NCBI GenBank assembly: GCA_035402825.1
Contig: DAONDZ010000001.1
Location: 172,839 to 236,838, forward strand
Length of the DNA: 64,000 bases
From: a bacterium
Lineage (GTDB): Bacteria > Patescibacteriota > Patescibacteriia > Patescibacteriales > UBA12465
Direction of reading: 5' to 3'
In this document: in pieces, positions 9,786 to 18,877 of the stretch
Layout of the letters: the number at the start of each line of letters is the position of its first letter
Position numbering within the stretch: position 1 is the first letter of the stretch
The notes under the pieces: generated by a model
The model's input: only the letters and a program-made list of their open reading frames with translations
Databases searched by the model: none
What the model was told of the DNA's origin: nothing
Made by a program: the position numbers and the translations under genes

Positions 9786-10403
9786 ATGCTAAAAATATAT
9801 CTCACCCGTCATGGGCAAGACAAGGACAATGAACAAGGGATTTTAAACGGTCATCGCGATGAGCCGCTTTCTGATTTGGGCATTTCTCAGGCCGGTGATT
9901 TGGTGATGGGCATCAAGAAAATTGGTTTGACCTTTGAAAAGGTCTATACCTCGCCCTTGCTGCGCACCCGGCAGACCGCTGATATTATCGCTCGGGAATT
10001 AAAACTAGCTGAGCCGGAAGTTTTAGAAGACTTAATTGAAAGAGATTTTGGAACAATGACCGGCCAGAAGATTGCTGATATCAAAACTTTGTGCGCCGGC
10101 AACCTATTATCTGCCGGACCGATTAACTATTTTCTTTCTCCGGAGGGAGCGGAAACCTTCCCGCAGCTTATCGTTCGAGCGCAAAAAATGCTGGCTAAAA
10201 TTGAAGCTTGGCATCAGGACGGAAATGTTTTGCTAGTCACCCATGGAGACATTGGCAAGATGATTTATGCCGCTTACTACAATTTAGACTGGCAAGAGAC
10301 TTTGCTTTTATTCCACTTCGGCAACACCGACTTAATTCTATTGTCTCCGGATTCCACTCCGGCCCAGGCCCATGTTTTAGAGGCTAGGCAGTATAATCCT
10401 TGA
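9786..10403 (+). CDS. Histidine phosphatase family protein (phosphoglycerate mutase-like)
   Basis: LTRHGQ catalytic RHG motif, later VTHGD. Confidence 0.75.
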   Translation: MLKIYLTRHGQDKDNEQGILNGHRDEPLSDLGISQAGDLVMGIKKIGLTFEKVYTSPLLRTRQTADIIARELKLAEPEVLEDLIERDFGTMTGQKIADIKTLCAGNLLSAGPINYFLSPEGAETFPQLIVRAQKMLAKIEAWHQDGNVLLVTHGDIGKMIYAAYYNLDWQETLLLFHFGNTDLILLSPDSTPAQAHVLEARQYNP

Positions 10404-10438
10404 TGAAAGAAATGTTTGGTTAATTCCGTATTATAATT

Positions 10439-10999
10439 ATGGCGGATAATCTAGAAAAATTGACGGATGAAGAGCTGGCCGCTCTGGCATTATCTGATGA
10501 AGCGGCTTTTAAGCTGATTATTTCGCGGTATAAAGACCGCCTTTTTTATTACCTCAAACGCTTGACGCTTTTAAGCTCTGATGACCTGGATGATATTCTC
10601 CAGCAGGTGTTTATCAAAATATACTATAATCTTAACGGCTTTGACTCTAGTTTGAAATTTTCTTCTTGGGCCTATCGCATTGCCCACAATGAGGCCATGA
10701 ACTATTTCCGCAAGAACAAGGTGAAGACAGAAGATTTGGATAAAGCGGTTTTGGCCGATGACTTATCAGACTTGGAAGCCGATATGGATCGTCATTTGGA
10801 AAGTGAGACGGTTAAACTGGTTTTAGCTGAGTTGGATCATAAGTATCGCGAAGTACTATCTTTAAAATATTTTGCGGAAAAAAACTATCAAGAGATTTCT
10901 GATATTTTAGCTAAGCCAATGGGCACTGTGGCCACTTTAGTTAATCGAGCCAAAAAACAATTTCAAGATAAATATAAAATATATGCTGGAAAAAATTGA
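10439..10999 (+). CDS. ECF-type RNA polymerase sigma factor
   Basis: Region 2 (FSSWAYRIAHNEAMNYFRK) and region 4 HTH (YREVLSLKYFAEKNYQEISDILAKPMGTVATLVNRAKKQF). Confidence 0.85.
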   Translation: MADNLEKLTDEELAALALSDEAAFKLIISRYKDRLFYYLKRLTLLSSDDLDDILQQVFIKIYYNLNGFDSSLKFSSWAYRIAHNEAMNYFRKNKVKTEDLDKAVLADDLSDLEADMDRHLESETVKLVLAELDHKYREVLSLKYFAEKNYQEISDILAKPMGTVATLVNRAKKQFQDKYKIYAGKN

Positions 11000-11756
11000 A
11001 GATCAAATAATCTCCAAGATTAAAATTAAAAAGATTAAGCCTCTAGCCAAGACTTGGTTCTCTTTGCGTCGTCTAGGAGTTTGGTTGCTTTCCGGCGCCT
11101 TCATCGTTTTAGGCGCGGTCTCTATCGCTATGCTGATTACCGTTTTGCGTTTCGGCGATTTTGATATCTATCGCCTGGTCAATCAAAACCTCTTGGTTTT
11201 TGTTATTCTAGTTTTCCCCTATTTCTGGCTGCTCCTCTATATAGTTTTTCTTTCTTTTTCTTTCTGGAAATTGCGCCGCAGCCAATATGGCTATCGCTAT
11301 CAAAAAGTTTGGCTCTGGCTATCTTTCTTTTTAGCCTCCTTAGTTTTGGGGGTAGTGTTGGAGGGGGCGGGGCTAGGGCGGAGTATTGAAAACTATTTAG
11401 CCGATAATTTTTCCGGGTATGGAAAGATAAACTACATGCGCGGCATGTGGGACAATCCGGAGAAAGGATTGCTCTCCGGTGAAATTGTCTTAGTGTCAGA
11501 AAACAATTTAGAGATTAAAGATTTTTCCGGCCAAGTTTGGCAGGTTGATTTAAATGCTGCTCAGGTTGATTCGATGGTTCAGTTGAGTCTAGGGAAGAAG
11601 ATTAAGTTAGTTGGTGAGATTGTCGCTCCTAATAAATTTAAAGCCCGAGAAGTCCGTTCCTGGGGCTGTGGCTGCGCTCATTGCCAAGCCGCTACCAGTT
11701 CCAGCTGCGGCTGTGGCGAGTCGGGCGGCTGTTCGGCTACCTCTTGCGGCCAGTGA
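10983..11756 (+). CDS. Putative membrane anti-sigma factor with a Cys-rich C-terminal tail
   Basis: Overlaps the sigma gene stop. Four TM helices, then a soluble domain ending WGCGCAHCQAATSSSCGCGESGGCSATSCGQ. Confidence 0.5.
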   Translation: MLEKIEDQIISKIKIKKIKPLAKTWFSLRRLGVWLLSGAFIVLGAVSIAMLITVLRFGDFDIYRLVNQNLLVFVILVFPYFWLLLYIVFLSFSFWKLRRSQYGYRYQKVWLWLSFFLASLVLGVVLEGAGLGRSIENYLADNFSGYGKINYMRGMWDNPEKGLLSGEIVLVSENNLEIKDFSGQVWQVDLNAAQVDSMVQLSLGKKIKLVGEIVAPNKFKAREVRSWGCGCAHCQAATSSSCGCGESGGCSATSCGQ

Positions 11757-11818
11757 AAGAAAAATTAATCCGGCCTCGTATTACTAGTGTTAGGGCCTTA
11801 ATTACTAATTCAAAATCT

Positions 11819-12055
11819 ATGAATAAAAACATCCTTTGGGGTGGAATGGTTTCAGCGCTCTTTATTGCCGGTGCTATCTTCGCCTTTAATTCTGGATCTC
11901 AGAAGGTGGCGGCTGAAGATGCTAATCCGAGCGTTAAGCCGGCCAGCTGCGCTTGTCAGGGCGGTCCGGCTAAGTGCGGTGCTAACTGCGCTTGCGGCTG
12001 CCAGAACAAGGCGGCTCAAACTGGCGCTTCAACCGGTTGCGGTTGCGGAAAATAA
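11819..12055 (+). CDS. Small membrane-anchored Cys-rich protein (78 aa)
   Basis: ATG 11819. TM helix (GMVSALFIAGAIFAF), then CACQGGPAKCGANCACGCQNKAAQTGASTGCGCGK. The upstream part of track ORF 11681 overlaps the previous gene. Confidence 0.5.
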   Translation: MNKNILWGGMVSALFIAGAIFAFNSGSQKVAAEDANPSVKPASCACQGGPAKCGANCACGCQNKAAQTGASTGCGCGK

Positions 12056-12082
12056 TTATTGCCATCAAGCTTGATTATAAAA

Positions 12083-12113
12083 ATAGAGCCTTAAGTCCGG
12101 GCTCTATTTTTTG
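12083..12113 (+). terminator. Intrinsic terminator
   Basis: atagagcc / ttaagtccg / ggctctat followed by tttttg. Confidence 0.65.
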
Positions 12114-12173
12114 TGCTATAATATTATCATTACTTGCTTTCTTGCTTTAATTTTGTTTAAATAGGGATGTCTT

Positions 12174-12245
12174 GCTCCCATAGTCTAATGGATATAACGC
12201 AAGCTTCCGGAGCTTGAGATAGGGGTTCGATTCCCTTTGGGAGCG
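12174..12245 (+). tRNA. tRNA-Arg (anticodon CCG)
   Basis: Acceptor gctccca/tgggagc, anticodon arm caagc-ttCCGga-gcttg, T-loop ttcgatt. The D stem is weak. Confidence 0.8.
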
Positions 12246-12318
12246 CAGAGCAAGAAACCAGGCTGGTCCTGGTTTTTTGTTTGGCTAATTTTGGTTAAAT
12301 ATTGTATAATATAATTAT

Positions 12319-13221
12319 ATGGCCAATCAAAAAAATGAAATTAAAAAAGAAGAAGTCCAGTTGAATTTAGGGACGGTAGCTAAAACCGTATTAGTCGATT
12401 TGCCTTTAGGTATTTTTGTTTTTGATTCTCTTTCCGGCCAATGTCTGTTTGCCAATCAAGCCGGAGTGGCTGTGATTGGTGCTGACGCTCAGAGCGTCTT
12501 GGCTATAAATTTTTTTAAAGAGTCTTCTTGGAAAAAATCCGGTATGCTGACGATTGCCAAAAAAGCGATAGCAGAAAAGACTAAACAGTTGTTGAGTGTT
12601 TCTTTCACTAGTTCTTTCGGCAAAGAGATTTGGGCAGATTGTGAGTTCATTCCTTTTCAAGAATCCAGTCACGATTATTTGCTTTTAACCATTCATGACG
12701 TGGCTGATTACAAAGCGGCTATCATTGAAGAAGAAGAAAAATCTGGTCTACTCAAGACATTCTTGGAAGCTATTCCCAACCCGGTGTTCTACAAAGACCT
12801 CAAAGGCGTCTATACCGATTGCAACCAGGCCTTCTTGGATTATAGCGGCAAAAAAAGAACCGAAGTGGTGGGGCACACCGCCTATGATGTTGTGATTAAG
12901 GAACAGGCTGATCAGCACAAGAAAATGGATGTCGAATTATTATCCACCGGGAAGGGCTCCGTGGTGGAATCTCATATTGTCACCACTAACGGCCAGGCCT
13001 ATGACATTATTATCAACAAAGCGGTGATCAAAAATATTCATGGCGAAAAAATCGGGATTGTCGGCATCATTTCTGACGTCACTAAAATAAGAACCGCTGA
13101 GCAGGCGCTTAACGAAAAGGTTGAAGAGTTGGAGAGAGTGAACAAGCTAATGGTTGGTCGAGAGTTGAAGATGGTGGAATTAAAAGAGGAAATAGCCCGG
13201 CTGAAAAATTTGCCGCAGTAG
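12319..13221 (+). CDS. Tandem PAS-domain protein with a C-terminal coiled coil (no recognisable output domain)
   Basis: Two PAS-like blocks (e.g. NPVFYKDLKGVYTDCNQAFLDYSGKKRTEVVGHTAYD...GIVGIISDVT), then a heptad-like tail. Confidence 0.6.
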   Translation: MANQKNEIKKEEVQLNLGTVAKTVLVDLPLGIFVFDSLSGQCLFANQAGVAVIGADAQSVLAINFFKESSWKKSGMLTIAKKAIAEKTKQLLSVSFTSSFGKEIWADCEFIPFQESSHDYLLLTIHDVADYKAAIIEEEEKSGLLKTFLEAIPNPVFYKDLKGVYTDCNQAFLDYSGKKRTEVVGHTAYDVVIKEQADQHKKMDVELLSTGKGSVVESHIVTTNGQAYDIIINKAVIKNIHGEKIGIVGIISDVTKIRTAEQALNEKVEELERVNKLMVGRELKMVELKEEIARLKNLPQ

Positions 13222-14400
13222 CTATTTAGTATCTTTGATGATAGAGATGAAATAGAAGCCGCTTAATATTATTAACGCGAAGACTAAGAAGATATAGTTT
13301 ATCGGCAGAACCAAAGTAACCAGCACGCCGAGGCCGGTGCCTAGGATATAGCCTAACGGTATAGAAGTTCTAAAGAAATCAATTAACGACAGATCTTCCG
13401 CGTCCACAATTTTAAAGAAATAGGTTTCCCGCATCGCCTCCACTAAGGCCGCTCCGATGCGGCTGAAGAATAAGACAGCGCCCCAAATCAGGGCGTTTTT
13501 TGTGTCTAAGCCAAAGAAAAGCAGTAGTGAAATGAATAAGATGCTGATGCCAATATAAAGCATTTCTTTTTCTCCCCAGTATTTATCAGCCAATATTCCC
13601 GCCGGCAATTCAAAGAGCACAAAAGGCAGGAGCATGAAGGAGAACATCAGACCCATAGTTTCCCAACAGAAACCGACGTTTTGTAATAAGTGGAGCGGGA
13701 TATAAATCACCGCCAAACTATAAAAGGTGTTTAACAATATCGCCACGGCGAAGATACCGCGCAGGTTCTTGCGGCGACAGATTTTTTTGACTGTTTCTAA
13801 ACCATTCAGTTTCTGATATTTGTTTCTGTCAATTAGCTCTCGATTTTTTTTGATAAACAGGACATAGAATATGGCCAAAGCTAGGGCGGCAGCCAAATAG
13901 ACAATGCGGTAACCGCTTAACTCAATGAAGTAGCTGGAGATAAACGGAGCCACTATCCAACCTAGGTTTAGAAAGGTGAAAAAGAGAGTGCGGGTTTTGC
14001 CGGTGGAAGAGTTAGAACTATAGCTTTCCACAAAGACATCCATGTTTATCCAAATTAAAGTAGAGGCCACTATTAATAGCGCGAAAGCGATAAAGACGCC
14101 CACGGCTGATTGTACCACCGACATCAATACTAAGGCTAAAAAGTAGAAAAAGAGGACGGCTTCCGAAGTACGGTTGTTACGATATTTTTTGATGATTCCC
14201 GGGAAATAGAGAATAGCCACAAAAGTTGCCAGGTTGGCGCCGAGAAAAAACAAGCTGACCCAGCCCACGCCGACAAATTGTTTGATGTAGCTAGATTCAA
14301 CATAAGCTGGCATAGCAGCGGCTAAGGCCAGGACAAAGGCTAGAAAATAAAGAACCTTGAGATGGGCGGATTTTTTCTTGGGGCTATTTTTTGCGGGCAT
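13222..14400 (-). CDS. MFS-type transporter
   Basis: About 12 TM helices in a 6+6 layout with a basic central loop (KKNRELIDRNKYQK). Confidence 0.6.
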   Translation of the reverse strand: MPAKNSPKKKSAHLKVLYFLAFVLALAAAMPAYVESSYIKQFVGVGWVSLFFLGANLATFVAILYFPGIIKKYRNNRTSEAVLFFYFLALVLMSVVQSAVGVFIAFALLIVASTLIWINMDVFVESYSSNSSTGKTRTLFFTFLNLGWIVAPFISSYFIELSGYRIVYLAAALALAIFYVLFIKKNRELIDRNKYQKLNGLETVKKICRRKNLRGIFAVAILLNTFYSLAVIYIPLHLLQNVGFCWETMGLMFSFMLLPFVLFELPAGILADKYWGEKEMLYIGISILFISLLLFFGLDTKNALIWGAVLFFSRIGAALVEAMRETYFFKIVDAEDLSLIDFFRTSIPLGYILGTGLGVLVTLVLPINYIFLVFALIILSGFYFISIIKDTK

Positions 14401-15184
14401 AACGACGGATTAAATAATAAGATAAGGAAGCGAAAATAATAATTAATAAACTAATGATTTGCGGCCAGCGCCAAATGCCGATAGTCGGAGTGTCATCAGT
14501 GCGCCAGAACTCTAAGACAAAACGGAGAACGGAATAAAGGCATAAATATAATAGCACAATTAATTGGTTTTGATGAGTTTTTCCGGAGAAGCGGCGGTGT
14601 AATAAAATTAACAAGATAAATATTAACAGACAGCCCAGAGATTCATACAAGAAAGTCGGTTGAAAGAACTCATAGGAGATGAATTGGTTAGGGCGGTTGA
14701 TTAAATCAATCGGGATCCCCCAAGGAAGATTAGTGGGGCGGCCGAACAATTCTTGATTAAAATAATTGCCGAAGCGGCCAATGGCTTGGCCCAGAGCTAG
14801 AGCAGGAGTGATGATGGCTAGCCAGAGCCAAGTGTTTTGTTTCTTAGTCCAGACAACCACGGTGATCAGTCCGGCGATAATGGCGCCATGAATGGCTAGG
14901 CCGCCTTCCCAGACCGCCAGAATCTTGCCAGGATATTGGAGATAATAGGAGAGATTTAACAACACATCATAGAGTCGGGCTCCTAATAGTCCAAAAATGA
15001 TTAGCCAAAATGATAAGTCTAAGACTCTTTCGCTTTTGATCTGGTATTTCTTAGCCAGCCTAACAGCTACTAAAAGAGCCAGGAGCATAGCTAAAACCAT
15101 AATTAGCCCATACCAATAAATGGTTATCGGACCTAAGAGCAAAGCAATCCTTTGGGGATGGAAAGTATGAAGGAAATTAATCAT
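14384..15184 (-). CDS. lgt: Prolipoprotein diacylglyceryl transferase
   Basis: YWYGLIMVLAM, GGLAIHGAIIAG, GRFGNYFNQELFGRPTNLPWGI. Start moved to ATG 15184 because the longer ORF runs through tRNA-Leu. Confidence 0.85.
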   Translation of the reverse strand: MINFLHTFHPQRIALLLGPITIYWYGLIMVLAMLLALLVAVRLAKKYQIKSERVLDLSFWLIIFGLLGARLYDVLLNLSYYLQYPGKILAVWEGGLAIHGAIIAGLITVVVWTKKQNTWLWLAIITPALALGQAIGRFGNYFNQELFGRPTNLPWGIPIDLINRPNQFISYEFFQPTFLYESLGCLLIFILLILLHRRFSGKTHQNQLIVLLYLCLYSVLRFVLEFWRTDDTPTIGIWRWPQIISLLIIIFASLSYYLIRRYARKK

Positions 15185-15253
15185 AGTATTATTGTATCTT
15201 TTTTGGCGGGTTTTTTCAAATAAAAACCGGCTACAGGATAGTCGGTTTTTTAG

Positions 15254-15335
15254 TGCGGGCGGAGAGACTCGAACTCTCACGCCGTGAGGCACATGCTCCT
15301 AAGGCATGCGTGTATACCAATTTCACCACGCCCGC
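15254..15335 (-). tRNA. tRNA-Leu (anticodon TAG)
   Basis: Reverse complement gcgggcg...catgc-ctTAGga-gcatg, long variable arm, gttcgagtc, cgcccgc-a. Confidence 0.9.
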
Positions 15336-15426
15336 TCTTTTTCGTCTGTTTTGATATTAAAGCATTATTTTTAAAAAGTAAAGATTGTGATATAATTAAG
15401 ATATTATTAATAATTTCATTGATCTT

Positions 15427-17808
15427 ATGTCGCAAATTAAATTTATCAGTTTTTTCAACGAATTAGGGATTAAAGATGTGCCCCAAGTCGGCGGCAAGAA
15501 TGCTTCCTTGGGCGAAATGTACCGCAAGCTGAAAAGCGCCGGAGTTAGAGTGCCCAATGGCTTTGCCACTACTTCCTCAGCCTATCGCTATTTCTTGGAA
15601 CAACAGGGTCTCAAGAAAAGAATTAGAGAGGAATTGAAAGGATTAAACACCCATGACGTCAAAGATTTGATGAAGCGCGGCGAAGCGGTGCGCCAATTGA
15701 TTCTGGAAACCCCGATGCCGAAAGATTTAGAGAAGGCTATTGTCAAAAGCTATGAACGTTTGTCTAAAGAGTATCGGACTAAGAATTTGGCCGTAGCTGT
15801 TCGTTCTTCCGCTACCGCCGAAGATTTGCCGGATGCTTCTTTCGCCGGACAGCAGGAAACTTTCTTAAATATCAAAGGCAGCAAAGAATTATTAATCGCT
15901 GTCCGCAAATGCATCGCTTCTTTGTTTACCAATCGAGCTATTTCCTATCGCGTTGACAAGGGATTTGACCATTTCAAGATTGCTTTGTCAGTCGGTGTCC
16001 AAAAGATGATTCATTCTGAAGCTTCGGGTGTCATGTTCTCCATTGATACCGAATCTGGTTTCCGCAATGCGGCTTTAATTCATTCTATCTATGGCTTAGG
16101 AGAAAACATTGTTCAGGGCCGGGTTAACCCCGATGAGTTCTATTTCTTCAAACCAACCGAAAAAATTATTTCTCGCTCCATTGGTTTGAAACAACTAAAG
16201 ATGATTTACAATTCCGACCCGAAGAACCCGGTAAAGAATATTAAAGTATCTTCGGCTGATCAATTAAAGCAATCAATTACCGATGCCCAGGTTACTCAGT
16301 TAGGCAAATGGGCGATGATTATTGAAGAGCATTATCAAAAGCCGATGGACATGGAATGGGCTTTGGACGAAAAAGATGGTTTGCTCTATATCATTCAAGC
16401 TCGTCCGGAAACCGTAGAGAGCCAGAAAGACTTAAATGTTTTGGAGCGCTATATACTCTCCAAGAAAGGCCAGCTAATAGTTTCCGGCCAAAGCGTCGGC
16501 AATCGTATCGGTTCTGGTTCGGCGCGCAAAATATTGCAGGCCAAAGATATCAGCCAGTTTAAAAAAGGTGAGGTGCTAGTGACCGACATGACTGACCCAG
16601 ATTGGGAACCGATTATGAAAATCGCTTCGGCTATTGTGACAGACAAAGGCGGCCGGACTTGCCATGCGGCCATTGTTTCTCGGGAGCTGGGCATCCCTTG
16701 CGTGGTGGGAACTAACAAGGCGACTGCTAAAATAAAGACCGGCGATAAGATTACCGTTTCCTGCGCCGAAGGTGAAGCCGGTTTTGTCTATCAGGGTATT
16801 ATTCCTTTTAAAGTAGAGAAAACTAATATCAAGAAATTGGGAAAAGCCAAAACCAAGATTATGATGAATTTGGCCGAACCGGATTTAGCTTTCTTAAACT
16901 CCTTTATTCCTAATGACGGAGTGGGGCTAGCTCGTTTGGAATTCATCATCAACAACTATATCAAGATTCATCCTTTGGCTTTGATTAATTTTGATAAACT
17001 AAAAGACCAGAAAGCGAAGGCTCAGATTGCCAAGATTACTAAAGGATATCAGAACAAGTCGCAATTCTTTGTGGACAAACTAGCCGAGGGGGTAGCAACT
17101 ATTGCCGCCGCCTTTTATCCCAAGGATGTTATCGTCCGCTTATCCGATTTCAAAACCAACGAATATGCCAATTTAATCGGCGGTAAAGATTATGAACCGG
17201 TGGAGTCTAACCCGATGATTGGTTTCCGCGGCGCCAACCGCTATTACAGCCCGCTCTTCTTGCCGGCTTTCAAATTGGAATGCCAGGCTTTGAAGCGAGT
17301 GCGCGAACAGATGGGTTTAACCAACTTAAAAATCATGGTGCCTTTCTGCCGCACCGTGGAAGAAGGCAAGAAGGTGCAGGAGATCATGAAGCAAAACGGT
17401 TTAGTGCGCGGCAAGAATGGTCTGCAAATTTATGTCATGGCTGAAATCCCGTCTAACATTATTTTAGCCGACGAGTTCTGCAATATTTTTGACGGCTTTT
17501 CCATTGGCTCCAATGATTTAACCCAATTAGTTTTAGGTATTGATCGTGATACCGGTGATAATCTTAAAGTAGAAGGTCTTTCTAACGAGAAAAATGAAGC
17601 GGTGAAATTAATGATCCGCTATCTCATTGAAACCGCTAAGCGCCGCAATCGCAAAGTTGGTATTTGCGGTCAAGGCCCCAGCGACTTCCCGGACTTTGCT
17701 GAATTCTTGGTGGAGTGCGGTATTGACAGCATCTCTTTGATTCCGGATACGGTTTTGAAAACCACTATGGCCGTGATTAAAAAAGAGAAGAGATTGAGAA
17801 GAAGATAA
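15427..17808 (+). CDS. ppsA: Phosphoenolpyruvate synthase (pyruvate, water dikinase)
   Basis: GGKNASLGEM, phospho-His loop GGRTCHAAIVSRELGIPCVVG, PEP-utilising C-terminal domain, 793 aa. Confidence 0.9.
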   Translation: MSQIKFISFFNELGIKDVPQVGGKNASLGEMYRKLKSAGVRVPNGFATTSSAYRYFLEQQGLKKRIREELKGLNTHDVKDLMKRGEAVRQLILETPMPKDLEKAIVKSYERLSKEYRTKNLAVAVRSSATAEDLPDASFAGQQETFLNIKGSKELLIAVRKCIASLFTNRAISYRVDKGFDHFKIALSVGVQKMIHSEASGVMFSIDTESGFRNAALIHSIYGLGENIVQGRVNPDEFYFFKPTEKIISRSIGLKQLKMIYNSDPKNPVKNIKVSSADQLKQSITDAQVTQLGKWAMIIEEHYQKPMDMEWALDEKDGLLYIIQARPETVESQKDLNVLERYILSKKGQLIVSGQSVGNRIGSGSARKILQAKDISQFKKGEVLVTDMTDPDWEPIMKIASAIVTDKGGRTCHAAIVSRELGIPCVVGTNKATAKIKTGDKITVSCAEGEAGFVYQGIIPFKVEKTNIKKLGKAKTKIMMNLAEPDLAFLNSFIPNDGVGLARLEFIINNYIKIHPLALINFDKLKDQKAKAQIAKITKGYQNKSQFFVDKLAEGVATIAAAFYPKDVIVRLSDFKTNEYANLIGGKDYEPVESNPMIGFRGANRYYSPLFLPAFKLECQALKRVREQMGLTNLKIMVPFCRTVEEGKKVQEIMKQNGLVRGKNGLQIYVMAEIPSNIILADEFCNIFDGFSIGSNDLTQLVLGIDRDTGDNLKVEGLSNEKNEAVKLMIRYLIETAKRRNRKVGICGQGPSDFPDFAEFLVECGIDSISLIPDTVLKTTMAVIKKEKRLRRR

Positions 17809-17825
17809 TTATTTCCTGTTGATAT

Positions 17826-17860
17826 AAAAAACACCGGCTTTCTGAGCCGGTGTTTTTTTT
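17826..17860. terminator. Bidirectional intrinsic terminator between ppsA and the CDF gene
   Basis: aaaaacaccggc / tttctga / gccggtgtttttttt, with A and T runs on both sides. Confidence 0.7.
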
Positions 17861-17863
17861 GGT

Positions 17864-18871
17864 TTAATTTATTTCAATGTCGATAAAGAGTATCTGTGGT
17901 ATTTGTTGTTTGATGTCTGACTCAATGTCATCAATTTCTTGTCCGATGAGCCGCGGTACTCTGTCCATATAGTCAACGCAGAAGCGCATGAACCCTTCAT
18001 AGTTTTCGCTGGCGAATTCATATTCTTTCTTGAGAAAGCGATTTTTTTCCAAGCGTTCAATTAAGGCGCTGGCGTTGAACTCCACTTCGCATTTGATGAG
18101 GTATTTGTTGACATCTAAAACGGTGGATTTGAAAAGCAATACTTTTTCAATGGTCGGTTCGGACTCCAATATCTCAATGGCTTTCTTTTGTAATTCTTTG
18201 GGCATGGCTTTGGAGAGCAGAAAGGAGCGGTTCTTGTTGATGAGTACTATGGCCATGATACCTAGGAGCAAACCAATCAGAATGGAACCGGCGGCATCAA
18301 AGAAGTGCAAGCCGGTAACACGGCTCAAATAGATACTGCCCATAGCGATAGAGACGCCGATGACTGCTAGGCTGTCTTCATAGAAGACGGCTAGAGAAAC
18401 TGGGTCAGCTTCTTTTAAGGTCTGACGCCACTTTTTGCCGCCACTATGTTTTTTGATGTCTCTAATGGCCAAGAACAAGGTGAATGATTCGATAATAAAT
18501 GAGGCTAAGAGGATATAAATGGTAAAGGAGTGGTAAGTAAAAACTTCTTGATGAATAAGAACGCTAATACCATGGTAGACAGTCACGCCGCAACCAATGA
18601 AGAAGATGCCGCAAGCTGAAATTAGCGCCCAAACAAAACGTTCCCGGCCATAGCCATAGGGGAAGAACTTGTCGGCGGCTTTGGTAGATTTTTTCACTCC
18701 AATCAATAACAAAAATTGATTAGCGGTGTCGGCTAAGCTGTGAACAGCTTCGGAAAATAAGGCGCTGGAACCGGAGAAGGCAAAGCCCACGAATTTGCTT
18801 AAGCAGACGATGCTGTTTCCCAGGAAGGCGGCTAGAACCGGCAATAAGCCGGCAGTTTTTGGATCGGTCAT
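17864..18871 (-). CDS. Cation diffusion facilitator family transporter
   Basis: Six TM helices, HSLADTANQ motif in TM2, cytoplasmic C-terminal domain. Confidence 0.65.
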   Translation of the reverse strand: MTDPKTAGLLPVLAAFLGNSIVCLSKFVGFAFSGSSALFSEAVHSLADTANQFLLLIGVKKSTKAADKFFPYGYGRERFVWALISACGIFFIGCGVTVYHGISVLIHQEVFTYHSFTIYILLASFIIESFTLFLAIRDIKKHSGGKKWRQTLKEADPVSLAVFYEDSLAVIGVSIAMGSIYLSRVTGLHFFDAAGSILIGLLLGIMAIVLINKNRSFLLSKAMPKELQKKAIEILESEPTIEKVLLFKSTVLDVNKYLIKCEVEFNASALIERLEKNRFLKKEYEFASENYEGFMRFCVDYMDRVPRLIGQEIDDIESDIKQQIPQILFIDIEIN

Positions 18872-18877
18872 ATATAG

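Noticed and set aside
11681-12074. The long form of ORF 11681-12055 and the overlapping ORF 11841-12074.
   Set aside because: The upstream part overlaps the anti-sigma gene in a GC-rich patch. ATG 11819 gives a sensible TM plus Cys-rich protein. The other frame is an Arg/Ala-rich artefact of the same GC-rich DNA.
15185-15292. N-terminal extension of lgt, and similarly 51137-51331 for the LCP gene and 48805-48852 for recombinase 2.
   Set aside because: The extensions run through tRNA-Leu, the antisense trmH-like gene and the structured leader respectively. Family homology starts at the internal ATGs.
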